A stretch of 64,000 nucleotides of DNA, taken from the NCBI GenBank assembly GCA_964236955.1, contig CAXSGP010000007.1, forward strand, positions 1 to 64,000. Direction: 5' to 3'. This stretch comes from an uncultured Oligoflexus sp. GTDB lineage: Bacteria > Bdellovibrionota_B > Oligoflexia > Oligoflexales > Oligoflexaceae. The position numbers were made by a program, and so were the translations under genes. Numbering within the stretch: the first letter of the stretch is position 1; each line of letters begins with the position of its first letter. The notes beneath the pieces were generated by a model that did no database searches, was not told where the DNA came from, and saw nothing but the letters and a program-made list of their open reading frames with translations. Of this stretch, positions 28,109 through 37,231 are shown one piece after another.

Positions 28109-28765
28109 ATGAATTTAGACCAACTCAATGCAGCGCTCATTCGTCCGCCTTTTCCCAAGTTGAGTGGCAATATTTATTGCATCGGCCGGAATTATGGCGA
28201 GCATGTAAAAGAGTTGAATAACGAAATGCCCAAGGAACCTGTGGTATTTCTTAAGGCGCCCTCGTCTTTAAGACCTCTGCATAGTGAGGCTCTGGCCTGC
28301 AGCAATGAATTGTTTCATCATGAAATCGAACTGGTGCTCCTGATCAAAGAGCATAAGTCCATGGGCGAAAAAGCTGAGACCTCGTTAGTGGGTGCGATGA
28401 CTTTGGGCCTGGATTTGACCAGGCGCGACCTGCAGACCTCGCTAAAGCAGCAAGGTCTGCCCTGGACGCTCTCAAAAAGCTTTGCGGGCGCTGGTATCCT
28501 TCACCCCTTCCAGGGCTGTCCCAGGGACATAAGCAATATTGGGTTTTCCTTGCGTGTCAACGGCGAACTGCGGCAGCTTGGTAACAGTCAGGATATGCTT
28601 TTTGATTTTCGGCGCATTTTGAATTTTCTTCTGAAATATCAGGATTTACATGCGGGTGACATGATCTTTACCGGTACTCCTGCCGGGGTTGCAGGATTTA
28701 AAAAGGGTGATTCCTTCCATTTCCAATCGGAAGTCCTTGGGATTGATGCGCAGGGCATCCTTTAA
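28109..28765 (+). CDS. Fumarylacetoacetate hydrolase family protein
   Basis: IYCIGRNY.EH, HHEIEL, LDLT.RDLQ, PW..SKSF, GDMIFTGTPAGV. Confidence 0.95.
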   Translation: MNLDQLNAALIRPPFPKLSGNIYCIGRNYGEHVKELNNEMPKEPVVFLKAPSSLRPLHSEALACSNELFHHEIELVLLIKEHKSMGEKAETSLVGAMTLGLDLTRRDLQTSLKQQGLPWTLSKSFAGAGILHPFQGCPRDISNIGFSLRVNGELRQLGNSQDMLFDFRRILNFLLKYQDLHAGDMIFTGTPAGVAGFKKGDSFHFQSEVLGIDAQGIL

Positions 28766-28936
28766 ATCCTCAGGTTTTTTACCAATCAAAGCCGCCTTCT
28801 CGCGATAGGCCTCTGATTCTCTCTTGCCTTTCACGCGTCATAATGGGATAAAAATGCCTGTTTGGGAGCCCCCTTTTGGGATGCGGTCACCCGAGCTCAT
28901 TGCAGACCCTATCCCTTGCCGCTGGAAGGTTTTCTA

Positions 28937-30262
28937 ATGCCAAGTATCCTTTCTCTAAAATCGCTTTCGGAATCCTTAGCGCAAACCGCCATTCTAAGGC
29001 TCTCCCTCTTCCTATTAGCGACCCTCGCGGGTACCCCTGCCAAAGCCTCAAGTTCCGTCTCATCTGCCCCTGAGGCAAGGGAAGCTATCGCATTGGGGCT
29101 TAATGATGTCGCCATCTTAATGCCCTATGAATCCCATCCCGACATGATAGCCACAGCACCTACAGTGGCGGGCTTTGTGCCACCATTTGCTATCGAGGAG
29201 ATTCAAAAGATCCTGCTTGCCGACGAGCAAACCCATGCCAGCGAAAATTTCGCGTTTGGCAATTTAGGGGATCAAACCCTTGAGCCGGATATTGCCAATC
29301 TTGGGTCTCTCGATGGCCCCACACCCTTTCGTCTGGTCTCGATTCGTATCGATCCCTGCGCCAACTCTCTGGCTCGTCTAAAAAACGGTGAGGCCTGTGT
29401 TCATGAAGTCAGAAATATATGGCAACCCATGACGATTGAGGGGGGCAAAGCTTTTACAATCGATGTGAATCTTCATTCCATTCATCGTCTCGACGATAAA
29501 GCCTTCAAGCTATTTATCAAGGATCTCAGAGCTTTACGCACCATAAGTGCACCAAAAAGTGAAGCCCTATCAGCCAACCCCACGCTGGTTCGGGAAGGGA
29601 AAAATGGACATTATTTTGAGGGGCTCATGCATCTTTTAAAAACCCAGATCGGTTTACAAAATTTAAAGCGTGTGGCTTTTTTCGCCGATACCAATCCCAA
29701 TTTCCTTGGCCATTGGACGATGCTGGCCTTTGATCTTGAGGGTGAAAAGATCATTCGCGCTCCCTCCCCTACCCTCGGCAAACAGCCTGGTGAAAATCAA
29801 AAGCTCGTACAAAGAATCGAAGGCGCTCCCAATCGATTGGGTGAACCCCGGCCGCTGGGCGATTTTGCAGACAACCTCTTCCCACCGATGCCGGAACCCG
29901 CCTCTAGGGACGAAGCCTCGATGATGGAGCTGGCGAAGAATTTTCTTCTCAATAAATACCAGAGGGCTCTGGCCCTTGAAAATCCGCAGCTCCATGAACC
30001 AGCGAACGCGGATTGTGCAAGTTGTCACATGGCCGTCATCGAGAAATTCAAACTTAAAAGAGAACTCGAAGCCATGGGCCTGGCCTTGCCAAAAGAGGAG
30101 TTTAAGGCGGATGAGTGGAATCTTTCGAGCCAAGTGACCCCGGACTCAAGTCCCACTGCTCTACAAATCTTCAGCTTTTTCAAAAACCAATCACGAATCG
30201 CCCCCCGGGTTATTCATGATGCGGTCTTGTCCGCTGAACGAATCAACGCCATGAAAAATTAA
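28937..30262 (+). CDS. Exported hypothetical protein with a single CXXCH (putative mono-heme c)
   Basis: Signal-like N-terminus ending PAKA; ENP..H....DCASCH near C-terminus. Confidence 0.7.
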   Translation: MPSILSLKSLSESLAQTAILRLSLFLLATLAGTPAKASSSVSSAPEAREAIALGLNDVAILMPYESHPDMIATAPTVAGFVPPFAIEEIQKILLADEQTHASENFAFGNLGDQTLEPDIANLGSLDGPTPFRLVSIRIDPCANSLARLKNGEACVHEVRNIWQPMTIEGGKAFTIDVNLHSIHRLDDKAFKLFIKDLRALRTISAPKSEALSANPTLVREGKNGHYFEGLMHLLKTQIGLQNLKRVAFFADTNPNFLGHWTMLAFDLEGEKIIRAPSPTLGKQPGENQKLVQRIEGAPNRLGEPRPLGDFADNLFPPMPEPASRDEASMMELAKNFLLNKYQRALALENPQLHEPANADCASCHMAVIEKFKLKRELEAMGLALPKEEFKADEWNLSSQVTPDSSPTALQIFSFFKNQSRIAPRVIHDAVLSAERINAMKN

Positions 30263-30322
30263 TTCCTGCAAAGACAATGCAAAAAAGGGCTCTCTCTGGT
30301 CAGGAATGAAAAAATACTGGAA

Positions 30323-31174
30323 TCAGGATCGAGGAAAAATTTCTCGATATCGATGGCAATAAGGGGTATCGCCTTTTTTCTCATAATAAAGCTGATGGTA
30401 GTCCTCGCCTGCCCAAAACCGCTGGGTGGGTTTGATCTGCGTTGCCACCTTGTGCCCCTTCTCCCGTAGATACGCGATCACCTCCTCGGCGGACTTCTTT
30501 TCGGTCTCGTCATTATAGAATACTACGGAGAGATACTGTGGGCCTATATCGGGACCTTGCCCATTTTCCTGGGAAAAATCATGGGTCTCAAAAAAGTATT
30601 TAAGCAGATCTTTAAAGCTTAATTTAGCGGGATCGTAAATAACCTCCACCGCTTCCACATGCCCGCTTTTGCCCCCGCAGATCTGCTTATACGTGGGATT
30701 ATCGAGATGGCCGTCCGTATAGCCGACTTTGGTCTTCAAAACGCCGGGAACACGCGCGAGATAATACTGAGTGCCCCAGAAACATCCCGAGGCTAAAATC
30801 GCCGTTTTGGTCTGAGCATCCATCTTAGGCTTAAATATAAGGCTTACGCTGTTTACGCAATGGCGGGTGTTTTTTTTCGTGAAACCTTCGCCTGCAAAGA
30901 CATGCCCCAGATGCGCCTGGCACTTGGCACAAACGATCTCAATACGTCGGCCATCGGGATCAGGATTTTTTTGCACCGCGCCTGAAACTTCGTCGTCAAA
31001 ACTCGGCCACCCACAGTGGGAGGCGAACTTATCAACGCTGTGATAGAGAAGTCCATCGCAGCGTTTGCAAAAATATTCGCCTGGTTCGTCCGTCTGAGTG
31101 TAGAGGCCTGAGAAGGCTGGTTCCGTGCCTCCATCTTCAATGACATGTCGCTCAAAAGGAGTCAATTCGCTCAT
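30323..31174 (-). CDS. msrAB: Bifunctional methionine sulfoxide reductase, MsrB-MsrA order
   Basis: GTE.AF, CGWPSF, HLGHVF, RHCVNS (MsrB); SGCFWG, GHVEAV, EDYHQ.Y (MsrA). Confidence 0.95.
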   Translation of the reverse strand: MSELTPFERHVIEDGGTEPAFSGLYTQTDEPGEYFCKRCDGLLYHSVDKFASHCGWPSFDDEVSGAVQKNPDPDGRRIEIVCAKCQAHLGHVFAGEGFTKKNTRHCVNSVSLIFKPKMDAQTKTAILASGCFWGTQYYLARVPGVLKTKVGYTDGHLDNPTYKQICGGKSGHVEAVEVIYDPAKLSFKDLLKYFFETHDFSQENGQGPDIGPQYLSVVFYNDETEKKSAEEVIAYLREKGHKVATQIKPTQRFWAGEDYHQLYYEKKGDTPYCHRYREIFPRS

Positions 31175-31430
31175 GCTAAGCTCCTCAATAGCTAGACGCC
31201 ATTCGCTTGCATGCTACGCGATATGGCTTTACAAGCATTATTTATGACTGAATCGGGCTTATTTTAAAAGCACTTTGCCCGTGTGGGAGTCCTTTAATAG
31301 AGGGGCCGAAAAGTTCTCCTGCTCGCTATCCTACCGGAAGTAATCTAAGGAATTCATAAACCGCCAAGTTTCCCCCAATGCAAAAAACCAGACGCAATGG
31401 CCTGGCCTTTACAAAACTGATTGCTAAGTA

Positions 31431-33041
31431 TCAACGCACTTTGGCCTTGACCGAAGCTCCCGCCATTTTGAGAACGACTCCCTCTCCTGGACTGTCAACG
31501 AAGGCTTCACTATGAATGATACGGCCATTGGCAAGGATTAGGGCCTTAAGATTGCTGCCGCTTCGGCTCCAAAATTCCCAGCTGCTATTGCCAACGGGAT
31601 GCGCTTGAAATCCTGCCACATATACGTCGGCCCCATTGGGGACTGTACCCTGAATGCGTATTCGTTTCAGGGTCCAGCCCGGCAGAGGCGGTACCTCCTT
31701 CAATGATTCCGTGCTAACCATGCATCGACTGCGCTGGCGTACGGCCTCACAAGGCTGTGTTTTGGAAACTTTCATCTTCCATCGATGGCCCACCTCACCC
31801 TGGCCCTGTGCCGCCATAACCAGGGGAAACTTTTCGCCGGCAGTATCGGTGATCGTGCTGCCGTTTTTCAAGCGCCAGAAATCTTTAGTTTGCTGGCCTT
31901 CATCGATAAACCAGTTGCCGTTTTCCTTGAAGGCCCAGTAGGTTTTCTTCATGTGCAACCGAAGCAGAGAGGAGAGCGCGCGCCCGGTCTCCTCATAGGA
32001 CTTGGCAAAACCGGCGATGAATGAACTTTTTTCCGTTTGTCCAAAGGGCGAATGCCATTCGATCTCCGCCCTGATATAGCCCACCTGCTCGCCATTGCTA
32101 ATGTAGGAAAGCACGAGTTTCCATGGTGAATTCTTATCGACACTAAGGCCTAGGTTTTGCAAATCGTTGACGAGTACAGGCAAAATGCGATCATGCACCA
32201 CATCCTGCTGCCGTTGATCCATAAGATTACCTGGCTTTGCCTGCGATTTGGAACTGCCGACGCTGATGCGATTGAGGCCATCATCAAAGTAAATGCCCAG
32301 CGAGCTATCATTCGTGTCAGAAAGATCAGATGCTATTGTATTCTTGTCTTCATCCGCAGGTTTTTCGGCGTGATCATCCTTAAAGTCAAACCGATCGATA
32401 TCCTTGGTGCCGCCCGCCGTTGCCCCCGGCTGGTCGGCGGATGCTGCACTCTCGCGCCTGGGAGCCGATTTACCAGCATTCTTCGCAACACCTTTGAGAG
32501 TTCGCATCGCAATCGAGATCTGCAGTTCTATATCTTGTTTCTCGCCACCCCGGGGAGGGACCACGACTTGCTTGAAACCGGTGAGCTGCCCCTTCTTGTC
32601 AAGCGCAATCGTCACCTTATCACCAGCTCGGAGCTGCAAATAACGCCGCCATTCACCAAAGCTATCCGTAACACCCATCTTCTTGTCGTTGATCATGACA
32701 TCAGCCGCGGTCACGGGATGGCCACTCTCCTCCAGGGCTCTTATTTCAAGCAAAACATAAGGTGTTTGGGATTCCGTGCGACGAAAGTATCCAAACAGTC
32801 CAAAGCCGGTCAATACAAAAGCCAGAAATGCCAAGGCCATCACTATATTTTTTATCGGCAGTCCAGACCGTCTTTGCCGGGTCGCCTTGGACTTGAACTT
32901 TGGCATGACGCTCGTCCTCGGGGCGGTCCGAGAAGACTCGACAGGGGCGATTCGTGTCCGGCTCGCATCCGGCTGCGGGAACAGCTCGTGGACGGGAATA
33001 CGTCTGACTGGATTTTGCTGCAATTTGGGCCTGGACTTCAC
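31431..33041 (-). CDS. Single-pass membrane hypothetical protein with PEGA-like segment
   Basis: GTG after AGGAG; basic N-terminus, one TM, ADVMINDKKMGVT PEGA-like stretch. Confidence 0.7.
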   Translation of the reverse strand: MKSRPKLQQNPVRRIPVHELFPQPDASRTRIAPVESSRTAPRTSVMPKFKSKATRQRRSGLPIKNIVMALAFLAFVLTGFGLFGYFRRTESQTPYVLLEIRALEESGHPVTAADVMINDKKMGVTDSFGEWRRYLQLRAGDKVTIALDKKGQLTGFKQVVVPPRGGEKQDIELQISIAMRTLKGVAKNAGKSAPRRESAASADQPGATAGGTKDIDRFDFKDDHAEKPADEDKNTIASDLSDTNDSSLGIYFDDGLNRISVGSSKSQAKPGNLMDQRQQDVVHDRILPVLVNDLQNLGLSVDKNSPWKLVLSYISNGEQVGYIRAEIEWHSPFGQTEKSSFIAGFAKSYEETGRALSSLLRLHMKKTYWAFKENGNWFIDEGQQTKDFWRLKNGSTITDTAGEKFPLVMAAQGQGEVGHRWKMKVSKTQPCEAVRQRSRCMVSTESLKEVPPLPGWTLKRIRIQGTVPNGADVYVAGFQAHPVGNSSWEFWSRSGSNLKALILANGRIIHSEAFVDSPGEGVVLKMAGASVKAKVR

Positions 33042-33495
33042 CTAAAGCTCCTGAACGACGAAAACCTCGAAAAACTAAATGGTCTTAGCATCAGTCTAGG
33101 TGGGGTCTTATGGGAAAAAAATGGGCAGCTTTTTCCTGAAGCCCAGTCTCCGCCTGAATCTCGCCCCGGGCCAGACTTCGAAGGCCCAAGAGCAATTTTG
33201 AGTCGGCAAAGTTTACCCAAAACGCTTAGCCCGTCTGTGTTTGAGACCAATCAAAACGCTTGTTCAAAAGGTATCGGTCAAAAGCTTTGCCATGAGACCT
33301 TGGGGCCCCCTCCGGGCATGGCCCCTGCGAAAAGGCATCCCAACACCAAATCGCCTAAAATAAAATCCTGTCGTTCCTTTAGCGATGAAAGAAGCCATCG
33401 GTGACTTGGCTCAAAAAAAAAAGCTGAACTAGCTCTTCAGATCGGATAACGACGAATGGTACAATCGAGCGACAAGTTTAAGATTTCAAGGAGAT

Positions 33496-34401
33496 ATGGA
33501 CCCTATGCGAAGCCTTTCTCGAGCGGTTGCGCTCCTTGCAGTAACCGGCTGTATGAGTAATGCCGCCAGAGTCGAAAAAACTATACTTAACCAAGCCGCG
33601 GGAACAGAGCCGGAATCGCCATCGACTCCTATTGTCGAGTCTGCAGCTTCAAATTTGCCTTTGCCCCCTACACCTCTGGCACTGGTGGATGAAATTCAAA
33701 CAAGCCCCACCCCGGCCGCCGAAGTTCAGTCGGAATGCGAAGCGTCCAAAAAGCTGGTTCATTTGCCCTATTTCCTAAAAGAGTCGTCGGCGCTGGTGGT
33801 CGGTCTCGACCAAACCTGCAAAGAATCCAAAGACAGCCAGGAGCCCACGCTCTCCACCAACATGTCGGTGGTAGGTGTAGCGTGCACTGGGTCACCAGGT
33901 TTTATCACCCGACGTGGTCACAGCACCCATAACTGGGAAGTCGTAACATTTGGAATGGACCTCGGTTGCAAAATGCAGGCTCCCGAACAGGTCAGGTCCA
34001 TGGGTAAACAAAAGCTCGGAATCGCCGCCGATCCTCAGGTCGTTTCCTTTGTGCCGATGATGATTGAATACTGGGAATTCGAAAAGAATAATGATGCAGG
34101 GCTGGGATCGACGCCCACGCTTACAGCATCGGGTGGCGGAGCGGCGCAGTGGAAGCAGAACGAAACGAAAAGCGTAAGCTTTCCTATCAAGCTCTATGGG
34201 CATTCAAGCACCTTTGGCAAAGACCAGCCAGTTTATGAGGCCCGTGCCATACTTTTACCGAAGTCCAACCAACGTCAGTTCCAGGTTCAAGTGGAAGACA
34301 TGAGACTCTTAAGCGGTGAAGAGCTTAAAGCCACGCAGCAACGCTGCCAGGCCAAGACTCGATCCGAGTCGGGCTGTCGAGAAGCTTTTGAAAATCAATA
34401 G
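33496..34401 (+). CDS. Hypothetical lipoprotein
   Basis: SD AAGGAG; lipobox AVTGC; six further Cys. Confidence 0.7.
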   Translation: MDPMRSLSRAVALLAVTGCMSNAARVEKTILNQAAGTEPESPSTPIVESAASNLPLPPTPLALVDEIQTSPTPAAEVQSECEASKKLVHLPYFLKESSALVVGLDQTCKESKDSQEPTLSTNMSVVGVACTGSPGFITRRGHSTHNWEVVTFGMDLGCKMQAPEQVRSMGKQKLGIAADPQVVSFVPMMIEYWEFEKNNDAGLGSTPTLTASGGGAAQWKQNETKSVSFPIKLYGHSSTFGKDQPVYEARAILLPKSNQRQFQVQVEDMRLLSGEELKATQQRCQAKTRSESGCREAFENQ

Positions 34402-34488
34402 CTTCGCCGGAAGGCGGCAGTGAGGAATATCCTCGACTGCCGCACCGATAAACATCACGGCGAAATGTTTAAACTTCGCCAGAACGGG

Positions 34489-35370
34489 TTAGATGAGTTT
34501 CAAGGCAAGCTCAGGGACTGCACTGGCCTGGGAAAGGACAGAGGTTCCGGCTTGGGCCAAAATTCTATTCTGAGTAAACTCAGCCGTTACCGCTGCGAAA
34601 TCCACGTCGCGGATTCGGCTTCGACTGGTCGACATGTTCTCGACCTGGACGCCGAGGTTATTGATGGTTGAATTCAACCGACTCTGCTTCGCACCCAGCA
34701 TCGCGCGATTTCCAGCGATTTTTTTGATGGCGTTATCGATAACACCGAGCTTATTGGCAGCCTCCTGACGATCGAAATCGCCGTTGGCTTCTTCGGGACC
34801 TATTTCTGCACCGGAATTCAGCCCGAGAACCTCCCCAGCATTCAGTTTGATGGCATCGATATCGATATCGATGGTGTCGGTATTGGGAACTGATCCATCA
34901 CCGGCACCGACATGGATCGTCAGGTTACCGACACCCTTATTGCCTGCAGCACCGCCGAGTAGGTTCATGCCGTTAAATTCGGCCGTCGAGGAAATACGGT
35001 CGATTTCTTTGACCATCTCCGTATATTCCTTGTTACTGTAGGAACGTTCCAGGTTTCCAATCGTATCGGACGAAGCCTGGGTCGCCAGTTCCCGCATACG
35101 CATGAGTATATTGGAAATTTCATTCATACCGCCTTCAGCAACCTGAATGAGGGAGACCCCATCGTTGGCGTTGCGCTTGGCTTGATCGAGCGATCTGATT
35201 TTGCCCGTTAATGTTTCTGAGATCGCAAGACCGGCTGCATCATCCGCAGACTTGTTGATGCGGAGTCCACTCGACATCTTTTCCATGTTGGAAGCCATAT
35301 TTGCTGTGGTTTCGCCCATGCGGCGTTGAGCGACGAGAGAGGCGACGTTGGTACGAATGCGTAAACCCAT
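34489..35370 (-). CDS. fliC: Flagellin
   Basis: SSGLRINKSADDAAGLAISE, RNANDG.SLIQVAEG, SRIRDVDFA, QAGTSVLSQA. Confidence 0.97.
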   Translation of the reverse strand: MGLRIRTNVASLVAQRRMGETTANMASNMEKMSSGLRINKSADDAAGLAISETLTGKIRSLDQAKRNANDGVSLIQVAEGGMNEISNILMRMRELATQASSDTIGNLERSYSNKEYTEMVKEIDRISSTAEFNGMNLLGGAAGNKGVGNLTIHVGAGDGSVPNTDTIDIDIDAIKLNAGEVLGLNSGAEIGPEEANGDFDRQEAANKLGVIDNAIKKIAGNRAMLGAKQSRLNSTINNLGVQVENMSTSRSRIRDVDFAAVTAEFTQNRILAQAGTSVLSQASAVPELALKLI

Positions 35371-35421
35371 TGTAAATCTCCTGGTTAATCCGTGATGTTT
35401 GTTGTGCTAGGCACAAACAAC

Positions 35422-35448
35422 CTATCGTCAGACCGCCAAATGAAATTA
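35422..35448 (-). promoter_or_regulatory. sigma28 (FliA)-type promoter of flagellin
   Basis: Minus strand TAAT-N15-GACGATAG versus TAAA-N15-GCCGATAA consensus. Confidence 0.6.
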
Positions 35449-35512
35449 CAAAAATCGACAAATCGTCTTTTGGAAAAGACTAAATATTTGTTTTAAATAA
35501 ACGCAAAAAACA

Positions 35513-35550
35513 TCATCCCTCTAAGTGCTATTCGCAACTTAGAGGGATGA
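35513..35550 (-). terminator. Intrinsic terminator of 35675..36919
   Basis: Perfect 14-bp inverted repeat TCATCCCTCTAAGT/ACTTAGAGGGATGA followed by T-run on minus strand. Confidence 0.7.
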
Positions 35551-35674
35551 GTTAATGCCTAAATGTTTATGAGAAAAAGCCTAGTTGGATTTTGTTAAAT
35601 GATGCATGTGTTCTTGTTAAAAATACTATACTTATTTATTTTTTTACAAAAAAAACGTCTTTTTTCTTGGTATA

Positions 35675-36919
35675 TCAAAGACTAGCGCTATTGCCATTGC
35701 AGCGTTTCCAGAATTGATTGAGGAGAATCAGCAGACTATGGTAGAAGCCGAGCACGCCCAAAGTCAGTATAAGGGGTTCCCACCAGAGCAGAACCTGAGG
35801 TGCCAGCCAGTTGCCGATGGCTTCCGCCGGTAGATACATATGATCGACCATGAGGGTGCCGAGCGTGCTGAGGGCCACTCCCAGAACTATCGATAGGTTC
35901 AGGCCTCGCAGGGCGGGGAGCATAAAGGAGCCTACGCCAATGGCGACAATAATAAAGGCCGTGGAAACAAGGACATCTCTATCGAGGGGCATCGCCCATA
36001 TCTGGGTCCACAGATTGAGCTTGGACATCTGCCAGACCGCCCTCAGGCCCCAATATCCTTTCCAGGCAGCAATGAGCAGAAGGAGGCCGAGAATGAGGCA
36101 GCCCCAGCTTCCATAATCTTTAAGAAAAGCACGAAAGACACTGTCCTCCTGCAATGGCTTGGCAAAGGTCTGAGGTAGGGGTCGAAAAATTCCGCCGCTT
36201 GGCTCTTCCAAGCTGTCGCAGTTTATATTCTTCAGAGCCATGAAGTTTTGCACGGTGGGCCAGAAATAGACGGGCTCCTCATTTTGGGTGGAATCAGTAA
36301 ACATCCGCGCCAAGGCTTTACTGCGGACAGCCCAGGCATAGGCGAGCGGCACCAAAGATAAAAAGACAAAACTAAATTCCAGCTCCATGAGCCAAAAGAC
36401 AGAAAGAAAAGATGCCCCCAGTATCAGACGGGATCCCGATCGAATCCAATGGACCATGAACATCGCCCAGATCGAAATGCCAAACATGATCAGATGATCG
36501 CCGGAAATCTGACCGCTGGACGCGATCAGGCGCCCCCGACTGAAGAGTGCCAAGCCGACGATCAGGGCCATCAGCCAGGAACGGGTCACAATTCTTGCCA
36601 GTATCATGCATGCTAAAGCTGTCGTCACAAGAAAGCCCTGATTATAACGAATAAAACTGGCCTCAGAAAATATTCCACTGCGACAGGCCTGCTTCAGCAT
36701 CAGGCGATAGAAAAATGAATTGCCCCAATTGGGTCGCCCCGAACTTTCCGAAGGTCCCGCCCAGCCTTCCTTTTGGCAGGCAGCGCCATCCGCTACGGAA
36801 GCGTGATTTTGCGGAGCATAAACGATCACGTAGGAGCGCATGTCCATCCAGACGAGTCGCATTAAGATCATGAACAAGAGGGCCGTAATCATCGCGGCCT
36901 TGACTTCGATTGAACGCAT
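35675..36919 (-). CDS. Multi-pass membrane hypothetical protein (possible GT-C-like topology)
   Basis: SD GAGGAG; about 10 hydrophobic segments with a loop after TM1. Confidence 0.7.
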   Translation of the reverse strand: MRSIEVKAAMITALLFMILMRLVWMDMRSYVIVYAPQNHASVADGAACQKEGWAGPSESSGRPNWGNSFFYRLMLKQACRSGIFSEASFIRYNQGFLVTTALACMILARIVTRSWLMALIVGLALFSRGRLIASSGQISGDHLIMFGISIWAMFMVHWIRSGSRLILGASFLSVFWLMELEFSFVFLSLVPLAYAWAVRSKALARMFTDSTQNEEPVYFWPTVQNFMALKNINCDSLEEPSGGIFRPLPQTFAKPLQEDSVFRAFLKDYGSWGCLILGLLLLIAAWKGYWGLRAVWQMSKLNLWTQIWAMPLDRDVLVSTAFIIVAIGVGSFMLPALRGLNLSIVLGVALSTLGTLMVDHMYLPAEAIGNWLAPQVLLWWEPLILTLGVLGFYHSLLILLNQFWKRCNGNSASL

Positions 36920-37231
36920 CGCAGCTCCTCAGCAAGAACGATTGGAAGACATATACGTAAAAATCCCTAAACCATCGGCAGCCTCCACCCGTCTTTCCCA
37001 ATGGCATCAATTGCGCTTTCATTGCGCACTTTTTCTCGCGTTCTGCCCTTTTATACGACCGCTGGAACAGGTCACTTTGACTAAATCTATTTTTTTTGCT
37101 TAAGTATCAATCTGAGCAACGGAGTACTGGACCAATCGTCGCGAGCGCGCTAAATTGTTTCTATATATTTCCCATAGAGCAAAATAGAGTGCCTCATAAG
37201 GCCATTTGGCATTTCGAGCTTGGAGCTTAGC

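Noticed and set aside
32157..33404. 415-aa plus-strand ORF
   Set aside because: Antisense to 31431..33041, no motifs, atypical composition
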